This document shows positions 7,883-16,707 of a stretch of 53,761 nucleotides of DNA, in pieces. Numbering within the stretch: the first letter of the stretch is position 1; every line of letters starts with the position of its first letter. The DNA is taken from positions 1 to 53,761 of the forward strand of contig JBIIFB010000003.1 of assembly GCA_044237545.1 (NCBI GenBank), written 5' to 3'. The stretch is from Pirellulales bacterium (GTDB lineage Bacteria; Planctomycetota; Planctomycetia; Pirellulales; UBA1268). A program made the position numbers and the translations under genes. The notes under the pieces are model-generated. The model had not been told where the DNA came from and made no database searches. It worked only from the letters and a program-made list of their open reading frames with translations.

Positions 7883-10800
7883 ATGACCAAGACACTCGTC
7901 GCCTGCCTCTGGGCTGCCGTGCTCGCCGGTATTCCGTTTCGGGAAATGGCCGCCGCGCCGCCGAACGTGGTCGTGATCCTGGCCGACGATCTCGGCTTCT
8001 CCGATCTTGGCTCGTATGGCGGTGAGATCGACACGCCCTCGCTGGATAGCCTTGCCGCCGGCGGCCTGCGATTCACCCAAGGCTATAACACCGCCCGTTG
8101 CTGGCCGACCCGGGCCGCGCTCTTGACCGGCTACTACCCGCAGGCGGTTCGCCGCGACTCGCTGCCCGGCGGCAAGAATGGCAAGGGAACGCGGCCCGCC
8201 TGGGCGCGGCTGCTGCCCGAACTCCTCATGCCCTCAGGCTACAGGAGCTACCACTCCGGCAAGTGGCACATCGACGGCGACCCGCGGTCTCAGGGGTTTG
8301 CCCGATCGCTCGACATCACCAAGGGGGACAACAACTATTTCTCCGCCAACGGCGTCGTCGAGGACGGCCGGCAGGTGCCGGTCACGGACGATTTCTATGC
8401 CACGACCGCGATCGGCGACCACGCCGTCACGTGTCTGGCCGACCATGCCAGGGATCATGCCGGCACGCCGTTCTTCCACTACGTGCCCTTCACGTCGCCG
8501 CACTTCCCGCTGCATGCCCCGCCTGAACTGATCGAGAAATACCGCGCGAGGTACCGGGCCGGCTGGAATGCCGTGCAGGCGGCCAGGGCGCAACGGCTCA
8601 ACGACCTGGGTATCGTGACGAACCAGCCGGCGGCAATGGAGCGGGACGTGGGCCCTCCCTACCACAATGCCGACGCCCTGGAGCAACTCGGGCTCGGTGA
8701 GATCAATCGGCCGCTGCCGTGGGAGGAACTCACGCCAAAGCAGCGGGAGTTTCAGATCGGGAAGATGGCGATCCATGCCGCGATGATCGACTGCATGGAC
8801 CAGCAGGTGGGCCGGATTCTCGCGCAGCTCAAAGCTATGGGCGTGTTCGACGACACACTCGTGCTCTTTGCCAGCGACAATGGAGCCTCGGCCGAGATCA
8901 TGGTCCGTGGCGAGGGGCACGATCCGCAGGCCCCGCCGGGATCGAGAAAGACGTTTCTCTGTCTTGGACCAGGCTGGTCGAGCTGCGCGAACACCCCGTT
9001 TCGTCGTCACAAGACCTGGGTGCACGAGGGGGGTATCGCGACGCCCTGGATCGTCCATTGGCCGCATGGGGTGTCGGCCAAGGGGGAGCTCCGCGGTCAG
9101 CCTGTCCACGTGATCGACGTCGTGCCGACGGTCCTCGAACTGGCCGGCATCTCCCCGCCCCGCGACCAGGCCGGAAAGCCCGTGCCGCCGCTGCAGGGCA
9201 AGAGTTTTGCTCGAGCCCTGAGGGATCCCGCTGCCCCGCCGGCGCACGACAGCCTCTGGTGGTGCCACGAGGGGCACCGGGCCGTCCGTGTTGGCGACTG
9301 GAAACTCGTCGCGGCCAAGGGCATGCCGTGGGAACTCTACGATCTGGCCCGCGATCGCTGCGAAACCACCAGTCTCGCGGCCGGTGAGCCAGCCCGTGTG
9401 CAGGCGCTCGAGGCGGCCTGGAACCAGACCGCGGAGGAGTGCCGGGCTCTGGCCGCGGCCGATGCCGGGGTGGCTCCCCCGGCCAGTGAGGCGAGGCCTG
9501 CGGCAGATGCGACGCGGCCGCAGCCGAACATCATCTACGTGATGACCGATGACCAGGGCTATGGCGACGTCGCCGCCCATGGCAATCCCATCATCCGCAC
9601 GCCGAATCTGGACCGGCTCCACGGACAAAGCGTTCGGCTGACCGAGTTTCACGTGAGCCCCACCTGTTCGCCGACGCGGGCCGCGCTGATGACCGGCCGT
9701 CACGAATTCCGCTCCGGCGTCACGCACACGATCCTCGAGCGTGAACGGCTGGCGCTCTCCGCGACCACGCTGCCGCAGGTGCTCAAGGCGGGCGGCTACA
9801 CCACCGGCATCTTTGGCAAGTGGCATCTCGGCGACGAGGACGCCTACCAGCCCGGACGCCGTGGCTTCGACCGGGTCTTCATCCACGGTGGCGGCGGGAT
9901 TGGGCAGTCGTATCCCGGCAGTTGCGGCGACGCGCCGGGCAATTCCTATTTCAATCCGTTGATCCGCAGCGACGGCACGTTCGTGAACACGAAGGGCTAC
10001 TGCACCGACGTCTTCTTCGACGAGGCGGTCACCTGGATGGATGCCACCCGGAAGGGCGGCAAGCCGTTTTTCTGCTATGTCGCCACCAACGCGCCGCACG
10101 GGCCGCTCGACTGCCCGCCCGGCTCCGACACGCCGTATCTGGCACAGCTCGAGGCCGCCGGCATCAAGGATCCCAAGCAGCGGGCGGACATCGCAAAGTT
10201 CTACGGCATGATCGAGAACATCGACACCAATGTCGGCAGGTTGCTTGTGAAACTCGACGAGTGGGGGATCGCCGACAACACGCTGCTCGTGTTCACGACT
10301 GACAACGGCACGGCCACGGGAGCCCCGGTCTCGAGCGCCGGGATGCGTGGGGTGAAGGGCACGGCCTATCGCGGCGGCACCCGCAGCGTGAGCTATTGGC
10401 GGTGGCCGGGCAGGCTGCCTGCGGGCGTGGACGTGCCCGCCCTCACGGCGCATATCGATGTGTTCCCAACGCTCTGCGAGTGTGCGGGGGCGGAGCTACC
10501 GGCTGGCGTCGCGGCGAAGGTCGAAGGCAGGAGCCTCATGCCGCTGCTAGAGGATGCAAAGGCTCCCTGGCCCGACCGGCCGTTGTTCACGCACCTCGGC
10601 CGCTGGGATCGCGGCAAGGTGGCAGAGGCAGCGTATCGACAGTGCCGGGTCCGCGAGGGGAAGTGGAGTCTGGTGAACGTCAAGAACACTCCCAGAGCGT
10701 GGGAGCTCTACGACGTCGCCGCTGATCCAGGCGAGAAGAACGACGTCGCGGGCCGCCATCCCGACGTCGTGGCCCGGCTCGGTGGAACGTACGACCGCTG

Positions 10801-11764
10801 GTGGGCCAGCGTGCAGCCGGACCTCGTCAACGAAGATCTCGACGGCCCGTCCGAGAATCCCTTCAAGACGGCCCATGCCCGGCAGTTCGGCCCACCGCCG
10901 ACGCTTTCCGACGTTTCCTACGGCCCGCATCCCAAGCAGGTGATGCACTTCTGGAAGACGCCCCGGGCAACGGCCGAGACCCCCGCGCCGCTGGTGTTTT
11001 TCATCCATGGCGGCGGCTGGCAGGGAGGCGATCGGCTCAGCGGTCTGGCGACCATGCTGCCCCGGCTCCTTGATGCGGGAATCTCGGTCGCGAGCGTTGA
11101 ATACCGGTTTATCAAGGAGGCGATGGATGAGCAGATCGACCCGCCGGTGAAGGCGCCGCTCTCGGATGCCGCTCGCGGCCTTCAGACCGTACGCAGCAGG
11201 GCGTCGGAGTGGCATGTTGACCCGAACCGGATCGCCGCCAGCGGCGGGTCGGCGGGCGCCTGCACAAGCCTCTGGCTGGCGTTCCACGACGACATGGCAG
11301 ATCCGGCCAGCAGCGACCCGGTGGCGCGGCAGTCGACGCGTCTGGTCACCGCAGCGGTCACTGGTGCCCAGACCACGCTCGATCCGGTGCAGATGAGGGA
11401 GTGGACGCCCAACAGCCGCTACGGCGGCCATGCCTTCGGCTTCATGCCGAGCCCCGAGAAGCGTGACACGCAGTTTGCCGAGTTTCTCGCGGCCCGCGAC
11501 CGGCTGCTGCCGGTGATCAATCAGTATTCGCCCTATGCACTCGTGTCGGCGGACGATCCACCGGTCTCTCTCTTCTACGGGTCGCCACCGGCTCTCGGGC
11601 GGGATGCCAAGGACCCCACGCACACGTCGAACTTTGGCATCAAGCTCAAGGAGCGGTGCGACGCGGCCGGCGTGCCCTGCGAACTGGTCTACCCGAAGGC
11701 ACCGAATGTGACGCATGCGACCGTGGTAGACGCCCTGATCTCCGCGCTTGACAAGAGCAAGTGA
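7883..11764 (+). CDS. Secreted sulfatase-sulfatase-alpha/beta esterase fusion
   Basis: AGGAAGGA RBS and signal peptide. Domain 1 PNVVVILADDLG/CWPTRAALLTG; domain 2 PNIIYVMTDDQG/CSPTRAALMTG; C-terminal HGGGW...GGSAG esterase (HSL/BD-FAE-like) from about 10900. Confidence 0.92.
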   Translation: MTKTLVACLWAAVLAGIPFREMAAAPPNVVVILADDLGFSDLGSYGGEIDTPSLDSLAAGGLRFTQGYNTARCWPTRAALLTGYYPQAVRRDSLPGGKNGKGTRPAWARLLPELLMPSGYRSYHSGKWHIDGDPRSQGFARSLDITKGDNNYFSANGVVEDGRQVPVTDDFYATTAIGDHAVTCLADHARDHAGTPFFHYVPFTSPHFPLHAPPELIEKYRARYRAGWNAVQAARAQRLNDLGIVTNQPAAMERDVGPPYHNADALEQLGLGEINRPLPWEELTPKQREFQIGKMAIHAAMIDCMDQQVGRILAQLKAMGVFDDTLVLFASDNGASAEIMVRGEGHDPQAPPGSRKTFLCLGPGWSSCANTPFRRHKTWVHEGGIATPWIVHWPHGVSAKGELRGQPVHVIDVVPTVLELAGISPPRDQAGKPVPPLQGKSFARALRDPAAPPAHDSLWWCHEGHRAVRVGDWKLVAAKGMPWELYDLARDRCETTSLAAGEPARVQALEAAWNQTAEECRALAAADAGVAPPASEARPAADATRPQPNIIYVMTDDQGYGDVAAHGNPIIRTPNLDRLHGQSVRLTEFHVSPTCSPTRAALMTGRHEFRSGVTHTILERERLALSATTLPQVLKAGGYTTGIFGKWHLGDEDAYQPGRRGFDRVFIHGGGGIGQSYPGSCGDAPGNSYFNPLIRSDGTFVNTKGYCTDVFFDEAVTWMDATRKGGKPFFCYVATNAPHGPLDCPPGSDTPYLAQLEAAGIKDPKQRADIAKFYGMIENIDTNVGRLLVKLDEWGIADNTLLVFTTDNGTATGAPVSSAGMRGVKGTAYRGGTRSVSYWRWPGRLPAGVDVPALTAHIDVFPTLCECAGAELPAGVAAKVEGRSLMPLLEDAKAPWPDRPLFTHLGRWDRGKVAEAAYRQCRVREGKWSLVNVKNTPRAWELYDVAADPGEKNDVAGRHPDVVARLGGTYDRWWASVQPDLVNEDLDGPSENPFKTAHARQFGPPPTLSDVSYGPHPKQVMHFWKTPRATAETPAPLVFFIHGGGWQGGDRLSGLATMLPRLLDAGISVASVEYRFIKEAMDEQIDPPVKAPLSDAARGLQTVRSRASEWHVDPNRIAASGGSAGACTSLWLAFHDDMADPASSDPVARQSTRLVTAAVTGAQTTLDPVQMREWTPNSRYGGHAFGFMPSPEKRDTQFAEFLAARDRLLPVINQYSPYALVSADDPPVSLFYGSPPALGRDAKDPTHTSNFGIKLKERCDAAGVPCELVYPKAPNVTHATVVDALISALDKSK

Positions 11765-11837
11765 GCCCGGCTGCTGACGCGGTGCCCACACTCAAGCCAA
11801 GAGCTACAGCTGGACGAAACGGACTGGAGCGGCCTGT

Positions 11838-14800
11838 ATGAACCAGAGCCTGTGGGTGCGGTGTGTCGTCGGCGTGCTGGCGGCGTTGTGGGTGGGTGGG
11901 CTCCAGGCCAGCCCGCCACGGCCGCCGAATATAGTGTTCTTTCTCTGCGACGATCTCGGGAGCGGTGATGTCGCCGCACTGGGTTCGCAGGATATCCAGA
12001 CACCCAACATCGACCGGCTCTTCGCCCGCGGCACCCGGCTCACACGGCACTGGGCCGGCAATGCCGTCTGCGGGCCGAGTCGGTGCGTGCTGATGACGGG
12101 CAAGCATCCGGGCCATGCGACGGTTCGCAGCAACCGCGAGGTGAAACCTGAAGGCCAGGCTTCGATGCCGGCCGGCACGGTCACGCTCGCGAGAGTCCTC
12201 AAAGAGGCCGGGTATGCCACGGGTGGCTTCGGGAAGTGGGGCCTTGGCCCGCCGGGCAGCGAGTCTGATCCGATCGCGTGTGGGTTCGACACATTCTTCG
12301 GCTACAACTGCCAGCGGGAGGCGCACTCGTTCTACCCCGACCACCTCTGGGACGGCCGCACCCGCGTCGCCGTCGACAACACGTCGCTCGCCGGAGGCCC
12401 CGTGCCCCGCGGCGGCACGGTGGCGGCCGACCAGGGAGCGTTCCCCGACTCGTTTGCCCCGTACGTCGGCCGGAACTATTCAGCCGACCTGATCGCCGAG
12501 CGGCAACTTGCGTTTATCAAGGATAACGCCGGCCGGCCGTTTTTCGTCTATGTGCCGACGACGGTGCCGCACCTGGCGCTGCAGGTGCCCGCCGACGAGC
12601 CGTCGCTGGCGGCCTACGACAAGCACTTCGGTGGCGAGGAGCCCTATCTCGGCGGCAAGGGCTACGTGCCCTGTCGGCGACCGCTCTCCACCTACGCCGC
12701 GATGATCACGCGGATGGACCGTGAGGTCGGCAGGATCGTCACGCTCCTCGACGCCCTCAAGCTCACCGACGACACGATCTTCGTCTTCTCGAGCGACAAC
12801 GGCGCGGCCAGTCCTGGCAGTGGCGGGATCGACACCGCACGACTCAGGAGCAACGGCGGTCTCCGGGATTGGAAGGGATCTCCGTACGAAGGTGGGCTGA
12901 GTGTTCCCACGGCGATCGCCTGGCCCGGGAGGATTCCCGCCGGCCGATCGATCGACGCCCCCACGGGCTTCGAGGACTGGCTGCCCACACTCCTCGATCT
13001 TGCCGGGCTGCACCAACGCATACCCCCCGGCCTCGACGGGGTGAGCCTCGCCGCTGCCCTGCGTGGTGAAGCGGAAGCCGATCCTGATCGCATGCTCTAC
13101 CGTGAGCTCACCGAGCGGTCATGGCAGGCGGCCGTCGACGGTCGCTGGAAGGCGGTCCGCCGCGGCAAGGGCAATCGGAAAACTCCATCCACGGAGGCTC
13201 ATCCGACGGAACTCTACGATCTCGCGGCCGATCCCGGCGAGTCACACGACGTCGCTGCCGATCACCGCGATGTTGTCCGCCGGATGGAGGCGATCCTCGA
13301 CCGCGAGCATGTGCCCCATCCCGACTGGCCACTGCCGTTTGCCGACATCGGCAGGCAGCCGCAGCCGGCTCCGGCCGCCGCGGCGACCAAACGGCCCAAC
13401 ATCCTCTACATCATTGCCGACGACCAGTCGCCCTTCGACCTCACGTGCTACAACCCCGCCTCGACACTCGACACGCCGGTGATCGACCGGCTCGCCGCTG
13501 AAGGAATGGTGTTTGACGCGGCGTATCACATGGGCTCGTTCTCCGGGGCGGTCTGCACGCCGAGCCGGCACATGGTGATGTGCGGCCGGTCGGTCTGGCA
13601 CCTGCCGATCGGGCCCACCAAGACGTCGTGCCCGCCAGACATCGTTCAGTGCACACTCGCGCCGGTTTTCAATCGAGCCGGCTACGACACGATGCGGACC
13701 TGCAAGCAGGGCAATGCCTACGAGGGCGCCGACAAACTCTTCACGATCCGCCACGACGCCACCAAGCGGGAGGGCACGCACGAGGGGGGCAGCGGCTGGC
13801 ACGGCGACCGGGTCATGGAGTATCTCGCGGAGCGGGAGCAAACGAAGGATGCCGACCCGTTCCTGATCTACTTCGGCTTCTCGCATCCGCACGACACTCG
13901 CGACGGCACGCCGGAACTACTCGCAAAATACGGCGGCACCAACCACACCGACAGGTCGTCGCCGCCGGCCGCCGATCCGCGGCAGCCGCCCCTGCCGCCC
14001 ACCTGGCTGCCCAGGCACCCCTTCGATCATGGCCACATGGATGTCCGCGACGAGGTGGCGGTGAGCGGAGTGTGGGATCGCCGGGACGCGACCACGATTC
14101 GTAATGAACTGGGCCGTGAATACGCCTGCAGCGAAAATATCGACCGGCAGATCGGCCGGGTGCTTGAGAAGCTCGCGGCGATGGGCGAGCTCGACAACAC
14201 GTGGATCTTCTACACCGCTGACCACGGCATGGCGATCGGCCGCCACGGCCTGCAGGGGAAGCAGAATCTCTACGAACACACCTGGCGGGTGCCCTTCATT
14301 GTGAAGGGGCCGGGCGTGAAGCCGGGAAGTCGCGCCCCCGGCAACATCTACCTCGGCGACACGCTGGCCACGCTCTGCGACATCTCCGGTATTGCGCCGC
14401 CGGTCTCGAACGAGGGCACGAGTGTTCTGCCGGTGCTCGAGGGGCGGCAGCAGACCGTTCGCGACGTCCTGTACGGCGTTTACTGTGGCGGCCAGAAGCC
14501 GGGGATTCGCAGTGTGCGGCAGGGGGACTGGAAGCTCATCAAGTATGAGTCGCCTTCCGGCGGCCTCCACACGCAGCTGTTCAACCTACGGGAAAACCCG
14601 CAGGAGTTTCTTGCCGAGCACCATGATCCGTCGGTCGCCCAGGCCACTACGGCGGTGCCCCAGCCACTCCAAAAAAACCCACTCCAGAAAAACCCCCTCC
14701 AAAAAAACTTGGCCGCCGATCCGGCCCACTCCGAAAAACGTGCCGCAATGGAGGCTGTTCTCCTTGCCGAGATGCAGCGGCACGATGATCCATTTCGGTT

Positions 14801-16157
14801 TTCCGACCAGCCTGTGAAGGAGCCCGCACCGCAGACGAAGCAGACGAAGGAGACGAAGGAGACCGAGAAAGCCGCGGCGGCGGCACGGCCCAACATCGTG
14901 CTCTTTCTGGCGGATGACCTCGGCTACGGCGAACTGGGCTGCTACGGCAACACCGCGGCCATCACCCCGAATCTCGACCGCTTCGCCACCCAGGGGCTGC
15001 GATACACCGACTGCCATTCGGCCTCGAGCGTCTGTTCGCCGTCGCGGTCGAGCCTCCTCACCGGTCGCACGCCCTTTCGCAACGGTGTCTTCACCTGGAT
15101 CCCGGAGAAGAGCCCGATCCACCTCCGCACCAGCGAGAGTGCGCTGCCGAAGCTTCTGTCGGCTGCCGGTTACGACACCTGCCACGTAGGTAAATGGCAC
15201 CTGAACGGCCTGTTCAACTCGCCCGAGCAGCCGCAGCCCGATGCCCATGGCTACGCCTGGTGGCTCGCCACGCAAAACAACGCCGCGCCGAGCCATGCGT
15301 TTCCCGAGAACTTCGTCCGCAACGGTGCCGCCATTGGGAAGGTCGACGACTACTCCGCGCCGTTCATCGCCAAGGAAGCGGCGACATGGCTCGAGACCAA
15401 GCGGGATCCGGCCAAGCCGTTCTTTCTCGCTGTCTGGACGCACGAGCCGCACTATCCGATCGCATCGGCCGAGCGGTACGAAAAGCTGCACGCCGGTATC
15501 GCCGACCCCGAGGAACGGACCTACCGGGCCAACGTCACGCAGCTCGACGACGCCTTCGGCACGGTCATGCAGGCGCTCGACGCGATCGGGGCGACCGACT
15601 CGACACTCGTCTTCTTTTCGAGTGACAACGGTCCCGAAGGCGACGGCAACAAGGGGCCGGGCCGCGGCCTGGCCGGTGGACTTCGCGGCCGCAAGCGGTC
15701 GATGTACGAGGGGGGTCACCGCGTGCCCGGCATGCTTCGCTGGCCGGCGAAGATCGAACCGGGAGCCGTGAGCGATCTGCCGGTGATCGGCAGCGATTTT
15801 CTGCCGACGGCCCTCCGAGCGGCCGGGCTCGAGCCGCCGCCGGGCCGGACGCTCGACGGCGTCGACATCCGCGGCCCCGCGGTCGAACGCACGCGGCCCA
15901 TGTACTGGCGGTGGGGCGGATTCGTGGCCTACCGCGAAGGGCCGTGGAAGATCGTCGTGGACGAGGCCCTCGAGAAGCCTGAACTCTACAACCTCGCAGA
16001 CGATCGCGCGGAGACGACGAATCTCGCTGTCCGCGAGACGGAGCGTCTCGCCGCCATGCTGACCCGGCTGCGGATCCTGCAGGGGGAGATCGAGGCCGAG
16101 GGCCCGGACTGGTGGCGGACCGAGCCAATGAGTGGCCTGAAGAAGAAGAAGGGCTGA
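11838..16157 (+). CDS. Secreted triple sulfatase polyprotein (1439 aa)
   Basis: Signal peptide, then three PN-x-x-x-x-x-x-DD starts (about 11925, 13395, 14889) with CGPSR, CTPSR and CSPSR motifs, separated by Pro/Ala/Gln/Lys linkers; no internal stop. Confidence 0.93.
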   Translation: MNQSLWVRCVVGVLAALWVGGLQASPPRPPNIVFFLCDDLGSGDVAALGSQDIQTPNIDRLFARGTRLTRHWAGNAVCGPSRCVLMTGKHPGHATVRSNREVKPEGQASMPAGTVTLARVLKEAGYATGGFGKWGLGPPGSESDPIACGFDTFFGYNCQREAHSFYPDHLWDGRTRVAVDNTSLAGGPVPRGGTVAADQGAFPDSFAPYVGRNYSADLIAERQLAFIKDNAGRPFFVYVPTTVPHLALQVPADEPSLAAYDKHFGGEEPYLGGKGYVPCRRPLSTYAAMITRMDREVGRIVTLLDALKLTDDTIFVFSSDNGAASPGSGGIDTARLRSNGGLRDWKGSPYEGGLSVPTAIAWPGRIPAGRSIDAPTGFEDWLPTLLDLAGLHQRIPPGLDGVSLAAALRGEAEADPDRMLYRELTERSWQAAVDGRWKAVRRGKGNRKTPSTEAHPTELYDLAADPGESHDVAADHRDVVRRMEAILDREHVPHPDWPLPFADIGRQPQPAPAAAATKRPNILYIIADDQSPFDLTCYNPASTLDTPVIDRLAAEGMVFDAAYHMGSFSGAVCTPSRHMVMCGRSVWHLPIGPTKTSCPPDIVQCTLAPVFNRAGYDTMRTCKQGNAYEGADKLFTIRHDATKREGTHEGGSGWHGDRVMEYLAEREQTKDADPFLIYFGFSHPHDTRDGTPELLAKYGGTNHTDRSSPPAADPRQPPLPPTWLPRHPFDHGHMDVRDEVAVSGVWDRRDATTIRNELGREYACSENIDRQIGRVLEKLAAMGELDNTWIFYTADHGMAIGRHGLQGKQNLYEHTWRVPFIVKGPGVKPGSRAPGNIYLGDTLATLCDISGIAPPVSNEGTSVLPVLEGRQQTVRDVLYGVYCGGQKPGIRSVRQGDWKLIKYESPSGGLHTQLFNLRENPQEFLAEHHDPSVAQATTAVPQPLQKNPLQKNPLQKNLAADPAHSEKRAAMEAVLLAEMQRHDDPFRFSDQPVKEPAPQTKQTKETKETEKAAAAARPNIVLFLADDLGYGELGCYGNTAAITPNLDRFATQGLRYTDCHSASSVCSPSRSSLLTGRTPFRNGVFTWIPEKSPIHLRTSESALPKLLSAAGYDTCHVGKWHLNGLFNSPEQPQPDAHGYAWWLATQNNAAPSHAFPENFVRNGAAIGKVDDYSAPFIAKEAATWLETKRDPAKPFFLAVWTHEPHYPIASAERYEKLHAGIADPEERTYRANVTQLDDAFGTVMQALDAIGATDSTLVFFSSDNGPEGDGNKGPGRGLAGGLRGRKRSMYEGGHRVPGMLRWPAKIEPGAVSDLPVIGSDFLPTALRAAGLEPPPGRTLDGVDIRGPAVERTRPMYWRWGGFVAYREGPWKIVVDEALEKPELYNLADDRAETTNLAVRETERLAAMLTRLRILQGEIEAEGPDWWRTEPMSGLKKKKG

Positions 16158-16330
16158 TACACACGCGGGTGGTGTCTGCTGGGCTGGCGATGCTCGATAT
16201 GGAAGCCGCAGGCAGAGGCGTCGACAACCCACCGAACGGTAGCAAGCAACCTGCCGCCACGGTGGAAGGCGGGTCTGCTAGACTCCCGGGCCGCGGATCG
16301 TCCGCGGGAACCAGTCGTCGGGAGGCGGGC

Positions 16331-16636
16331 ATGTCGGCACGTAAATCGTCAGATGAATCATCAGATGGGACGTCAGCTCGATCGCATGGCACGGTTCCGG
16401 CCGCGACCGCCACGAGCCGGATCGGCCTGGCCCTCTTCTGGATCTACGTGCTGCTCTACGCCGGCTTCATGGCCCTGGTGCTCTTTCGCCCGGATCTCTT
16501 GTCGCTGCGGCCCTTCGGCGGCGTGAATCTGGCCATCGCCTACGGGATGGGGCTCATCGCCGGTGCATTCCTGTTGGCCATCGTCTACATGGCCGCCTGT
16601 CGGGCCGTCGAAGGCGGCGGCCCGCCCCGCGGCTGA
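16331..16636 (+). CDS. DUF485 (YjcH-like) inner-membrane protein
   Basis: GGAGG RBS; two TM segments, GLALFWIYVLLYAGFM and GVNLAIAYGMGLIAGAFLLAIVYM; lies directly upstream of actP, the usual arrangement. Confidence 0.85.
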   Translation: MSARKSSDESSDGTSARSHGTVPAATATSRIGLALFWIYVLLYAGFMALVLFRPDLLSLRPFGGVNLAIAYGMGLIAGAFLLAIVYMAACRAVEGGGPPRG

Positions 16637-16707
16637 TCCCATCCCGCGGCAACCCATCCCGCAGCGAAACCGTTTCACACGTTGTGTCTGGAAAGGACTC
16701 CCGGCCC

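Noticed and set aside
8234-10453. Long antisense ORFs (also 14586..16232, 29747..31054, 39675..41330, 44831..46510, 51157..52653)
   Set aside because: They are shadow frames of well-supported genes in high-GC DNA and have no recognisable motifs.
2293-16157. Formylglycine-generating enzyme or cohesin/dockerin scaffold in the sulfatase cluster
   Set aside because: No FGE or radical-SAM maturase motifs and no dockerin repeats were seen; maturation must be encoded elsewhere.
16160-16330. Riboswitch upstream of DUF485-actP
   Set aside because: GC-rich hairpins are possible (CCGCGGATCGTCCGCGG) but I recognise no aptamer consensus; an Rfam/Infernal scan would be needed.
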